In this document: piece by piece, positions 17,910 to 27,060 of the stretch | How positions within the stretch are numbered: the first letter of the stretch is position 1 | How the letters are laid out: the number at the start of each line of letters is the position of its first letter | Source: Sphingobium sp. | GTDB lineage: Bacteria > Pseudomonadota > Alphaproteobacteria > Sphingomonadales > Sphingomonadaceae | Reading direction: 5' to 3' | DNA: 48,044 nucleotides | NCBI GenBank assembly: GCA_050176605.1 | Contig: JBFXHW010000001.1 | Location: 1-48,044 of the forward strand | The notes under the pieces: generated by a model | The model's database searches: none | Seen by the model: the letters and a program-made list of their open reading frames with translations, nothing else | Told to the model about the DNA's origin: nothing | Position numbers and translations under genes: made by a program

Positions 17910-18763
17910 TGAGCTGGCTCAACCGCGTTCGCAAGGTCATACCGTTCATGGCGAAAAAGGAGCAGAGCCAAGACAATCTCTGGCACAAATGCTCCGGCTG
18001 CGGACAGATGGTGTTCACCCGGGAATGGGAAGAAAATCTCGCGGTCTGCCCCAAATGCGATCATCATGGCCGCATCGGGCCGACGGAACGCTTTGCCCAG
18101 ATGCTCGACGAAGGCAGCATGAAAACGCTTGCCGTCCCCGCGGTGCGGGAAGACCCGCTCAAGTTTCGCGACACGAAGAAATATAGCGACCGTATCCGCG
18201 CCGCGCGGGCGGCGACGGGCGATCAGGACGCGCTGATCAACGCCAGCGGCAAGATCGACGGAAAGCCGGTCGTCATCGGTGTGCAGAATTTCGCCTATAT
18301 GGGCGGGTCGATGGGGGTGGCCGTGGGCGCCGCCTTCGTTCAGGGGGTCGAAGAAGCGGTGAAGCGCAAATGCCCCTATATCATCTTCACCGCGGCGGGC
18401 GGCGCGCGCATGCAGGAGGGCATACTCTCGCTGATGCAGATGCCGCGTGCGACGGTCGCAATCCAGAAGCTTCACGATGCCGGCCTGCCCTATGTGGTCG
18501 TGCTGACCGATCCGACCACTGGCGGCGTGACCGCCAGCTATGCCATGCTGGGCGACGTGCAGATCGCAGAGCCCAATGCGCTCATCGGCTTCGCGGGCCA
18601 GCGCGTGATCGAGAACACGATCCGCGAAAAGCTGCCCGAGGGATTCCAGCGTGCCGAATATCTGCTCGCGCACGGCATGATCGACATGGTCGTGCACCGC
18701 AGGGAGATGAAGGAGCGCGTCGCGCAGGTCGTCTCCTATCTCATGCCGAAAAAGGCTGCCTGA
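17909..18763 (+). CDS. accD: Acetyl-CoA carboxylase carboxyltransferase beta subunit
   Basis: CxxC...CxxC zinc finger, [29 protein letters not shown]. Confidence 0.97.
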   Translation: MSWLNRVRKVIPFMAKKEQSQDNLWHKCSGCGQMVFTREWEENLAVCPKCDHHGRIGPTERFAQMLDEGSMKTLAVPAVREDPLKFRDTKKYSDRIRAARAATGDQDALINASGKIDGKPVVIGVQNFAYMGGSMGVAVGAAFVQGVEEAVKRKCPYIIFTAAGGARMQEGILSLMQMPRATVAIQKLHDAGLPYVVVLTDPTTGGVTASYAMLGDVQIAEPNALIGFAGQRVIENTIREKLPEGFQRAEYLLAHGMIDMVVHRREMKERVAQVVSYLMPKKAA

Positions 18764-18767
18764 ACTA

Positions 18768-18914
18768 TAGGGCCTGTGAGGATTTAGTTCAGGTGGAGAC
18801 GAAAATGGTGGATTTCGAGAACCGGAGCGCAGTGGACTTGAAGGTACATGAGCACCGGCAGCGCAGAAAGACGCCATTTGCAGGCCCGCATGGGCTGAAT
18901 CCCCGCAGGCCCTA
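18768..18914. mobile_element. MITE-like palindromic element (147 bp, 24-bp imperfect terminal inverted repeats, TA ends)
   Basis: Left end TAGGGCCTGTGAGGATTTAGTTCA versus reverse complement of right end TAGGGCCTGCGGGGATTCAGCCCA (19/24); inner inverted repeat AAATGGTG/CGCCATTT; internal direct repeat ACCGG(C)AGCGCAG. Confidence 0.75.
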
Positions 18915-18933
18915 GACTGATCGGACAGCAACG

Positions 18934-20256
18934 TTGGCAGACCACGCGGTATCAGATCATCCCGCCGTGCAGGCGCAGCTCGACCGGCTGGCGAGCCTGT
19001 CACCCGGTGCGGATGTGCTCGGGCTGGGCCGCATCGTCCGGCTGCTCGCCAATATCGGCGATCCGCACCGCGCGCTGCCTCCCGTCTTTCATGTCGCCGG
19101 AACCAACGGCAAGGGGTCGACCTGTGCCTTCCTGCGCGCCGCGCTCCAGGCGGAGGGCAAGAGCGTTCATGTCTACACCTCGCCGCATCTGGTCCGGTTC
19201 AATGAACGCGTCCGTCTGGGCGACACGCTGATCGACGACGAACGGCTGGCGGCGTATCTGGAGCGCGTGCTGGATGCCGCCGGTGACATCGGCCCGAGCT
19301 TTTTCGAGGCGACCACGGCGGCCGCTTTCCTCGCCTTTGCCGAAAACCCGGCCGACGCCTGCATCGTCGAGGTTGGACTGGGCGGGCGGCTGGACGCCAC
19401 CAATGTCATTCCCGCCCCGGCCGTCACCGGCATCGCGCAACTGGGCATGGACCATGAAGCGTTTCTGGGCAGCGAGATGAAGCAGATTGCCGCGGAAAAG
19501 GCGGGGATAGCCAAGCCCGGCGTGCCGCTCGTCACGCTCGGCTATGAGCCCGCCATTGCCGGGGTCATAGCGGAACGGGCTGCGACGGCCAACGCGCGCT
19601 GGCTGGCGATGGGTGCGGCATGGGATGCCGCCGTCTATCGCGAGCGGCTGCACTATCGCGACGAGGCCGGACGCATCGACATGCCGCTGCCGCGCCTTGC
19701 CGGGCCGCATCAGCCGATGAACCTGGCGCTGGCCGTCGCCATGCTGCGGCACCAGAAAATCGTGCCGGTGAGCGACGCGGCGATAAAGGCCGCGCCGCTC
19801 TGGGCGAGCTGGCCCGCGCGGCTCCAGCGCCTCACCCGCGGTCCGCTGGTCGGACGGCTGGGCGGCGGAGCGCGTACCATCTGGCTCGACGGCGGGCACA
19901 ATCCGGCGGCGGGAGAGATGCTCGGCAGTTTCTTCACGCCGGAGCGGCTGAGCGGCGAGAAGCTCACGCTGCTGATCGGGATGCTGGCGAACAAGGATGT
20001 GGCGGGCTTTCTGGAGCCCCTGCGCGGCGCGATCGGCGCCATTCACAGCGTCCCGGTCGAGGGGCATGCCCATCACGGCGCAGACGTCTTTGCTGTGCTA
20101 GCGGAGCAATGGGGCATCGCTCATGTGCCGCACCCCACAATAGAAGCGGCGGCGGACGGGATCATGGCGGACGGCGCGACCCGTCCGCTGCTGATCACCG
20201 GTTCGCTCTATCTGGCGGGCGAGATACTCAAGGCCAATGATCAGCCGCCCGACTAG
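18934..20256 (+). CDS. folC: Bifunctional dihydrofolate/folylpolyglutamate synthase
   Basis: HVAGTNGKGS P-loop, YTSPHL, EVGLGGRLDATN, LDGGHN, ITGSLYLAGE; TTG start. Confidence 0.96.
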   Translation: MADHAVSDHPAVQAQLDRLASLSPGADVLGLGRIVRLLANIGDPHRALPPVFHVAGTNGKGSTCAFLRAALQAEGKSVHVYTSPHLVRFNERVRLGDTLIDDERLAAYLERVLDAAGDIGPSFFEATTAAAFLAFAENPADACIVEVGLGGRLDATNVIPAPAVTGIAQLGMDHEAFLGSEMKQIAAEKAGIAKPGVPLVTLGYEPAIAGVIAERAATANARWLAMGAAWDAAVYRERLHYRDEAGRIDMPLPRLAGPHQPMNLALAVAMLRHQKIVPVSDAAIKAAPLWASWPARLQRLTRGPLVGRLGGGARTIWLDGGHNPAAGEMLGSFFTPERLSGEKLTLLIGMLANKDVAGFLEPLRGAIGAIHSVPVEGHAHHGADVFAVLAEQWGIAHVPHPTIEAAADGIMADGATRPLLITGSLYLAGEILKANDQPPD

Positions 20257-20260
20257 ATTT

Positions 20261-20279
20261 GTTATTGCAAGTCATTATC
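20261..20279. promoter_or_regulatory. Fur-like box
   Basis: GTTATTGCAAGTCATTATC matches GATAATGATAATCATTATC at 14/19 and lies in an AT-rich patch about 40 nt before the next ATG. Confidence 0.6.
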
Positions 20280-20317
20280 AATAGTATATGTTGATCCTGT
20301 TCGCACAGGAGATCAGC

Positions 20318-20782
20318 ATGCAGAAAACCCCTTTACCGCGCGAAATACCGCGACCGGATCGCGCGCCGCCAGTGACCCGGTTCGGCCCGGCGGGCCTTTT
20401 CTTCCTGCGGATTGTGCGGCTCATGGCGACAGGAGGCATCGACGACGCTCGCGCCACGGCGGCGCTCTTCGCCCAGTTCGGCCGCAACCATCGCCGCCCA
20501 CTGGTGCTGATCCGCGCGCTGGTACTCGAAATGTCGCGCGTGTCGAACCGGCGGATCGTGCTGGCCCCGCCCTGCTGCGGGCGCATCACCGCCGACGAAG
20601 CCATCATGCTGAGCGCGCTTGGCCGTGGCGAAGAGGGGTTCGCCAAATGCCATGCGGATAGCCGCGCGCTGCTGGATAGCGATAGCGCGCTCGGCGCGGC
20701 CACCTGCTTTCAGGCAGTAGCCGCCTGCTTCGCCGACCTTGGCGCTCCGTTCAACCGGCTTTCGCCGTTCGCCCCTGCCTGA
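20318..20782 (+). CDS. Hypothetical protein with a PPCCGRITADE motif
   Basis: AGGAG precedes ATG 20318; fills the folC-ampG gap; 154 aa with 5 Cys. Confidence 0.7.
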   Translation: MQKTPLPREIPRPDRAPPVTRFGPAGLFFLRIVRLMATGGIDDARATAALFAQFGRNHRRPLVLIRALVLEMSRVSNRRIVLAPPCCGRITADEAIMLSALGRGEEGFAKCHADSRALLDSDSALGAATCFQAVAACFADLGAPFNRLSPFAPA

Positions 20783-22430
20783 TCCATTCGAGAACGCACA
20801 ACGCCACGGCCACGAACCCCAGCGCCGTCGTGAACAGGAAGACCGGATAATATCCTTCGGTTTCTATCATCTTGCCGAGTGCGCCACGCCCCAGCGTGCC
20901 GACGAGGAAAGTGAGCGAGGAAAGCAGCGCATATTGCACGGCGCTGTACCCCTTTGACGTGATCGAGCTGAGATAGGCGACCAGCGCCGCCCCGGCGAGC
21001 CCGCCCGCCAGATTCTCCCCGCCGATGGCGACCATCAGCCGCGCGAGCCGTTCGTCGCCGCCCAGATGTTCGACCAGCCAGGTGAAACCGGTGAACCGCG
21101 AAACCGCGCTCATCACTGTCCCGCCCAGCGCCAGATCGGCATAGAGAAGGTTGGTGAGCGCGGCCGTGAGCGCGCCCAGAGTCATTACCGCCATGCGGCC
21201 GATAACCGCAAACAGCATGCCGCCGAGCGCCACGCCCAGCATCAGCGCGCCGACACCGAAGAATTTGGAGGCGACCGCGACCTCGCTCTTCGTATAGGCC
21301 AGCTCGTCGAGATAGAAGGGATAGGCGAAGGTGCCCCATATCGTGTCCGTAATGCGGTAGGAAAGCACCAGCGCCAGCACCAGAACCGCCGCCCAGCCAA
21401 GGCGGCCCATGATTTCCGTCAACGGCAGGATCAGCGCGCGGTAGCCATGATCGACCAGCGCATCGGACCATCCCGAACGCGGCGCGGCCTCGCTCAGCAC
21501 ATGCCGCCCACGCTTCTGCATCGCCGCCAGCCAGGCCGCGATGATCGACGGCACCACCACCGTGGCGATGACGATAACCGGCCCCTGCACGCTGATGAAA
21601 GCGACCGAATCCGGCCGATTCGCGGGATCGGAGCCGAGCGAGCGGATCATGAACTGCAGAACATTGCCGAGCGCCCAGAGCCAGAGGATTCCGACCGCCG
21701 CCAGCGCCGCAGTGCGCACCTTGGGGTTCAGCTCTCCCGGCTGGCGCAGAGCGTCGACGCTTTCCGTGGCCGCTTCCGCGCGTTCGCCCTCCGGCGCGAA
21801 CAGCGTCGCGACGCCGAGGCCGATCAGGACAAAACCCATCAGCGCATAGACCGGCGGCCAGCCCCACGCATCGGCAAGGAATAGCGCCAGCGCGCCGCCG
21901 ACCAGCACCGCAGCGCGATAGCCGAGCTGATAGACGGTCGAGAGCGTGTCGAGCGTTGCCGTCTCGTCCGCCACATCGACGCGCCAGGCGTCCACCACCA
22001 CATCCTGCGTCGCCGAGGCAAAGGCGCCCATGCCGGCGAGCAGCGAAAACAGCCCGATCGCGCTTGCCGGGTCGAGCGTCGACAGCAGGATCATGATGCC
22101 GCCGAGCAGGAACTGCGCGAGCAGAATCCACTGCTTGCGCCGCCCGAGCCTCCTCAGCACCGGCAACGAAATCCGGTCGATCAGCGGCGACCACAGGAAT
22201 TTGAAAGCATAGGTGAGCCCGATCAGCGAGAAGACGCCCATCGTCTCAAGATCGACCTGCGCATCCGAAAGCCAGGCGTAGAGCGTGCCGAGCAGCAGCG
22301 CATAGGGCAGCGCGGAGGAAAAGCCGAACATCACCATATAGGCGGTCTTGGGGTGACGCACCGATCGTCCGAAACGGCGGATGCCGCCCAGAAATCCGCT
22401 GGCCCTTTCCTGCGCGATGCTTGCCGCCAC
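20751..22430 (-). CDS. ampG: AmpG-family muropeptide MFS permease
   Basis: GFSSALP, FKFLWSPLID, GRRKQW, SATQDVVVDAWRVD, QYALLSSL; GTG start preceded by GGAGG. Confidence 0.9.
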   Translation of the reverse strand: MAASIAQERASGFLGGIRRFGRSVRHPKTAYMVMFGFSSALPYALLLGTLYAWLSDAQVDLETMGVFSLIGLTYAFKFLWSPLIDRISLPVLRRLGRRKQWILLAQFLLGGIMILLSTLDPASAIGLFSLLAGMGAFASATQDVVVDAWRVDVADETATLDTLSTVYQLGYRAAVLVGGALALFLADAWGWPPVYALMGFVLIGLGVATLFAPEGERAEAATESVDALRQPGELNPKVRTAALAAVGILWLWALGNVLQFMIRSLGSDPANRPDSVAFISVQGPVIVIATVVVPSIIAAWLAAMQKRGRHVLSEAAPRSGWSDALVDHGYRALILPLTEIMGRLGWAAVLVLALVLSYRITDTIWGTFAYPFYLDELAYTKSEVAVASKFFGVGALMLGVALGGMLFAVIGRMAVMTLGALTAALTNLLYADLALGGTVMSAVSRFTGFTWLVEHLGGDERLARLMVAIGGENLAGGLAGAALVAYLSSITSKGYSAVQYALLSSLTFLVGTLGRGALGKMIETEGYYPVFLFTTALGFVAVALCVLEWIRQGRTAKAG

Positions 22431-22528
22431 CTGTCGATCCTCCCGGCTTGAAGCGACGCTTGTAACCGCTTTACGCCCCGACGCCAGCGCTGGTTGCTCT
22501 TGCGTGCAATGTGGGGCATGGGCGGGCC

Positions 22529-23635
22529 ATGAAGCCACCGCGCAAACCCGGCCGCTCCGGCGGCAAACCGGTCTCCCCGCGAGGCAAGCCCGCACGTCCG
22601 CGCGGCGCGGCGCCGTCGGCGAAGCGCATCGCCGAACAATGGGGCGTGCGGGACGACGACGCGCCCGCCAAAGCGGCGAAGCCGGCGCGCGCGCCAAAAC
22701 AGGGCACGGCCAGGCCCGACCGACGCCTCGACGCGGCCCAGCCCTCGTCAGAGAGGAAGCCACCGCATCCAAAGCCGAAAACGCAATCGCGGGCGCGACC
22801 TGCACCCGGCAGGCCGGTTTCCGACAAACCGGCCTCTTCCCGGCCCGCCGCCGATCGCCCGACCGGACCGAAGAGCCCGCCGCAGGCCACCGCACCGGCG
22901 CGGAGCGAACAAAGAATCGCCAAGCTGCTTGCCCGCGCTGGTATCGCATCGCGCCGCGAGATAGAGCGGATGATCGCGGAGGGGCGCGTTGCCCTCAATG
23001 GCGAACTGCTGACAACGCCGGCGACGCTGCTCACCTCGCTCAAGGGCGTCACCGTGGACGGCGCGCCCGTTGCCGAGACGGAAGCAACGCGGCTCTTCCT
23101 GTTCCACAAACCGTCCGGGTGCATCACCGCCGAGCGCGATCCGGCTGGCCGCCCGACCATCTATGATCGGCTGCCAAAGGGCGACCTCCCCCGGCTGATG
23201 CCCGTCGGGCGGCTGGACATGACAACCGAGGGACTGCTGCTGCTGACCAATGACGGCGAACTCAAGCGCACGCTGGAACTGCCCGTCAACGGCATCGAGC
23301 GTACCTATCGCGCCCGCGCCTTTGGCGAGATCAGCCAGACGCAACTCGAACAGCTGATCGAGGGCGTCGAGATAGACGGCATGCGCTATGGCCGGATCGA
23401 CGCCAATCTGGAGCGGCGGACCGGGCGCAACCAGTGGATCGAGATGACCCTGACGGAGGGCAAGAACCGCGAGGTGCGCCGCGTTCTCGAACATCTGGGG
23501 CTCCAGGTGAACCGTCTCATCCGCACGCGCTATGGACCATTTGATCTCGCCGGGTCGGAACCCGGCGCGCTCGTCGAGATACGGCGCGGCGACCTCGACC
23601 GTTTCCTTGGCGCGCTCAAAAGGCTGGGCAAATGA
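22529..23635 (+). CDS. rluB: RluB/RsuA-family rRNA pseudouridine synthase with a long basic N-terminal extension
   Basis: S4 domain RIAKLLARAGIASRRE, VGRLD catalytic motif, EGLLLLTNDG, EGKNREVRR. Confidence 0.88.
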   Translation: MKPPRKPGRSGGKPVSPRGKPARPRGAAPSAKRIAEQWGVRDDDAPAKAAKPARAPKQGTARPDRRLDAAQPSSERKPPHPKPKTQSRARPAPGRPVSDKPASSRPAADRPTGPKSPPQATAPARSEQRIAKLLARAGIASRREIERMIAEGRVALNGELLTTPATLLTSLKGVTVDGAPVAETEATRLFLFHKPSGCITAERDPAGRPTIYDRLPKGDLPRLMPVGRLDMTTEGLLLLTNDGELKRTLELPVNGIERTYRARAFGEISQTQLEQLIEGVEIDGMRYGRIDANLERRTGRNQWIEMTLTEGKNREVRRVLEHLGLQVNRLIRTRYGPFDLAGSEPGALVEIRRGDLDRFLGALKRLGK

Positions 23636-24171
23636 GGATCATCGCGGGCGAATGGCGCGGCCGTCCGCTGGCCGCTCCGAAAGGAGACACGACGCGCCCC
23701 ACCGCCGACCGCACGCGCGAGACGCTGTTCTCGATGCTGACGAGCAGGCTGGGTTCGTTCGACGGGCTGGCGGTCGGCGATTTCTTCGCCGGGTCCGGCG
23801 CGCTGGGGCTGGAGGCGCTGTCACGCGGCGCGCAGAGCTGCCTCTTTGTCGAACAGGACCGCGCCGCGATCGACGCTTTACGCGCCAATGCGGCGAAATT
23901 CGGGATCGACCGGCCGGACGTTCGCGCGACATCGGTGCTGGCGCTCGGCCCGGCGACGACGCCGCTCGACCTGCTGTTGATGGACCCGCCTTATGGCACC
24001 GGCGCGGGGGCGGTCGCGCTGGACAGGCTTAACCGCCTCGGTTGGGTTGGACCGGCAAGCTGGATCAGCATCGAAACCGACCGGCGCGAAACGGTGAGCG
24101 TCCCCGGTTTCAAGGTCGAAGCCGCCCGCGACGTGGGCAAGGCGCGGCTCGCGTTGCTGCGCCCTGCCTGA
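23632..24171 (+). CDS. rsmD: 16S rRNA m2G966 methyltransferase
   Basis: MRIIAGEWRGR, RPTADRTRETLF, DFFAGSGALGLEALSRGA, DPPY. Confidence 0.95.
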   Translation: MRIIAGEWRGRPLAAPKGDTTRPTADRTRETLFSMLTSRLGSFDGLAVGDFFAGSGALGLEALSRGAQSCLFVEQDRAAIDALRANAAKFGIDRPDVRATSVLALGPATTPLDLLLMDPPYGTGAGAVALDRLNRLGWVGPASWISIETDRRETVSVPGFKVEAARDVGKARLALLRPA

Positions 24172-24180
24172 CGCCGGAAA

Positions 24181-24543
24181 TCACTTCTTCTTTGCGTAGC
24201 CGCGCGGCGCTTCACCGGGGTTCATGCAACCGTCCTGCACCGCACCGCCGCAGATCGGATAATGATCCTTGGGGGGCGGGGGTACCGTCATGTTGCCGCC
24301 CTCGACGATAGGATTGGCCGCGCTTCCGGGCCGCGCCGCCGGATTCTCGGCTACTCCGGGCGTCGCCGGTACCATATCGGGATCGTTCGCGACGGGTGTC
24401 GGCGGCACATCCGCATTGGGATCGGGCGTGGCCGGTGTCACCGCTGCATCGGGCGGCGGCGGTGGACCGTTCATTTCCTGCGCGCTTGCGGCCATGGACG
24501 ATCCCGCAAGCAGGGTCGCGGCAAGGATAGCGACAGTTTTCAT
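24181..24543 (-). CDS. Small exported Pro/Ala-rich hypothetical protein with a two-Cys C-terminal motif
   Basis: Signal peptide MKTVAILAATLLAGSSMAASA-Q, purine-rich RBS, low-complexity body, YPICGGAVQDGCMNP at the end. Confidence 0.75.
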   Translation of the reverse strand: MKTVAILAATLLAGSSMAASAQEMNGPPPPPDAAVTPATPDPNADVPPTPVANDPDMVPATPGVAENPAARPGSAANPIVEGGNMTVPPPPKDHYPICGGAVQDGCMNPGEAPRGYAKKK

Positions 24544-24693
24544 ATTCCGTTCCTCTCGGGTTATCTGCCCCTCGCTCTCCCAAAGCATGGGCGGCCCAAG
24601 GGTTCCGCCGCATGAGCTCCTTTTGTCCCGGCATCGGGCAAATGCGCCGAAACGCCCTTGCCCCCTCTTCCCATGTTCCCTAATTGTTCGGGG

Positions 24694-26976
24694 ATGAGCG
24701 ACGCCCTGGCCCCCGCCACCACCCCCGAACCCGCCTATATTGCCGGGCTGAACGAGCCGCAGCGTGAAGCCGTGCTGACGACCGAAGGGCCGTTGCTGGT
24801 GCTTGCCGGGGCAGGCACGGGCAAGACGGCCGCGCTGACCGCGCGGCTGGCGCACCTGATCGCAACGCGGCGCGCCTACCCCTCGGAGATCCTCGCCGTC
24901 ACCTTCACCAACAAGGCGGCGCGGGAAATGCGCGAGCGTGTCGGTCGCCTGATTGGGGAAGCAGTGGAGGGCATGCCATGGCTCGGCACCTTCCACTCCA
25001 TCGGCGCGAAGATGCTGCGCCGCCATGCCGAACTGGTCGGGCTCCAGAGCAATTTCACCATCCTCGATACCGACGACCAGCTTCGCCTGCTCAAACAACT
25101 GATCCAGGCGGAGGGGATCGACGAGAAGCGCTGGCCCGCGCGCCAGCTCGCCGGGCAGATCGACCAGTGGAAGAACAAGGGCCTTTCCCCCGCCGATCTC
25201 GGCGCGGCCGAGGCGGAGGGCTATGCAAACGGCAAGGGCCAGAAGATGTACGCCGCCTATCAGGCGCGGCTGCTCGCGCTCAACGCCTGCGATTTCGGCG
25301 ACCTGCTGCTCCATCCGCTGACCCTCCTCAAAAAGGACCGCGAGGTTCTCGACCAGTATCAGACCCGCTTCCGCTACATCATGGTCGATGAGTATCAGGA
25401 CACCAACAGCGCCCAGTATCTCTGGCTCCGGCTGCTCGCTCAGGAGCGCAAGAACATCTGTTGTGTCGGCGACGACGACCAGTCCATCTATTCCTGGCGC
25501 GGGGCGGAGGTCACCAACATATTGCGGTTCGAAAAGGACTTTCCGGGCGCGACCATCGTCCGGCTGGAACAGAATTACCGCTCGACCCCGCATATCCTCG
25601 CCGCCGCGTCGGGCGTGATCGCGGGCAACAGCGAGCGGCTGGGCAAGACATTGTGGACTGCCGAGGACCAGGGCGAGAAGGTGCGCGTGCTGGGCGTGTG
25701 GGACGGGCCGGAGGAGGCACGCACCGTCGGCGACGAGATCGAGCGCATGCATGGCGCCGGATTGCCGCTGGACCGCTTTGCCATCCTGGTGCGCGCGCAG
25801 TTCCAGACTCGCGAGTTTGAGGACCGCTTCATCCAGATCGGCCTTCCCTATCGCATCGTCGGCGGCTTCCGCTTCTACGAGCGCGCCGAGATTCGCGATG
25901 CGCTCGCCTATCTGCGCCTGATCGCGCAACCGGCAGACGATCTGGCGTTCGAGCGGATCGTCAACGTCCCCAAGCGCGGCCTCGGCGACAAGGCGGTGGA
26001 GCGGATCTTCCGCCTCGCCCGCGCCGAGGGCGTGACGCTGATGGCTGCGGCGGGCCTCATCCTCGACAGCGACGAGCTGACGCCGCAGGCGCGCCGCTCG
26101 CTTTCCGCGTTCATCGCCAATGTCGCGCGCTGGCGCGACATGGCGGCAAGCCTGCCCCATGCGGAGGTGGCGCGCATCCTGCTCGACGAAAGCGGTTACA
26201 CCGCCATGCTTCAGGCAGAACGCTCTGCTGAATCTGCGGGCCGCCTCGAAAACCTCTCGGAGCTCGCCCGCGCGATGGAGGATTACGAGACGCTGGGCGC
26301 GTTCCTCGAACATGTCAGCCTGGTGATGGACAATGACGCGGCGGACGCCAGCGCCAAGGTCACGATCATGACGATCCACGCCGCGAAAGGGCTGGAATTC
26401 GACACGCTGTTCCTGCCGGGCTGGGAAGAGGGCGTCTTTCCGTCGCAACGCGCGCTCGACGAGGGCGGTCTCACCGCGCTGGAGGAGGAACGCCGCCTCG
26501 CCTATGTCGCGATCACGCGCGCGCGCCGCCGCTGCACCATCCTGCATGCCGCCAACCGCCGCATCTACGGTCAATGGACCAGCTCCATCCCCTCCCGCTT
26601 CATCGCCGAACTGCCGCCGGCGCATATCGAGGAGGAAAGCAGCGTCGGCGGGGGTGCCAGCCTGTGGCGCGCCAATTGGGCGGATCAGCCCGATCCGTTT
26701 CGCGACGTCGGGCGCGGCACCGGGCGCGGTCCGGGGTGGCAGCGCGCGAGCCGCTCCGGCGGCATCGGTTCGCCGAGCAGCTTTCCGCAGGAGGTGCGCT
26801 CGCCCGCCATCTCCATGGCCGCAAAGCCGCGCGACGACCTGTCGACCGGTCAGCGCGTCTTTCACCAGAAATTCGGCTATGGCTCCATCGCTTCAATCGA
26901 CGGCAACAAGCTGGAGATCGATTTCGAGCAGGCAGGGCGCAAGCGGGTGATCGACAGTTTCGTGACAGCCGCCTGA
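24694..26976 (+). CDS. uvrD: UvrD/PcrA superfamily 1 DNA helicase
   Basis: AGAGTGKT, TFTNKAA, VDEYQD, GDDDQSIY, EQNYRS, TIHAAKGLEF, YVAITRA, and a C-terminal RVFHQKFGYG tudor-like domain. Confidence 0.96.
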   Translation: MSDALAPATTPEPAYIAGLNEPQREAVLTTEGPLLVLAGAGTGKTAALTARLAHLIATRRAYPSEILAVTFTNKAAREMRERVGRLIGEAVEGMPWLGTFHSIGAKMLRRHAELVGLQSNFTILDTDDQLRLLKQLIQAEGIDEKRWPARQLAGQIDQWKNKGLSPADLGAAEAEGYANGKGQKMYAAYQARLLALNACDFGDLLLHPLTLLKKDREVLDQYQTRFRYIMVDEYQDTNSAQYLWLRLLAQERKNICCVGDDDQSIYSWRGAEVTNILRFEKDFPGATIVRLEQNYRSTPHILAAASGVIAGNSERLGKTLWTAEDQGEKVRVLGVWDGPEEARTVGDEIERMHGAGLPLDRFAILVRAQFQTREFEDRFIQIGLPYRIVGGFRFYERAEIRDALAYLRLIAQPADDLAFERIVNVPKRGLGDKAVERIFRLARAEGVTLMAAAGLILDSDELTPQARRSLSAFIANVARWRDMAASLPHAEVARILLDESGYTAMLQAERSAESAGRLENLSELARAMEDYETLGAFLEHVSLVMDNDAADASAKVTIMTIHAAKGLEFDTLFLPGWEEGVFPSQRALDEGGLTALEEERRLAYVAITRARRRCTILHAANRRIYGQWTSSIPSRFIAELPPAHIEEESSVGGGASLWRANWADQPDPFRDVGRGTGRGPGWQRASRSGGIGSPSSFPQEVRSPAISMAAKPRDDLSTGQRVFHQKFGYGSIASIDGNKLEIDFEQAGRKRVIDSFVTAA

Positions 26977-27060
26977 ATTTCGGGCCGACCAAAGTTTTTC
27001 TGCCGCATGCCCAGCAAATAGCATGTTGCGGTCGCCAACGTCCCGGTGCAGAGGAGCGCG

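Noticed and set aside
24544-26865. Upstream part of the 894-aa minus-strand ORF
   Set aside because: Antisense to uvrD. Only the last 120 codons, with RBS and signal peptide, look like a real gene.
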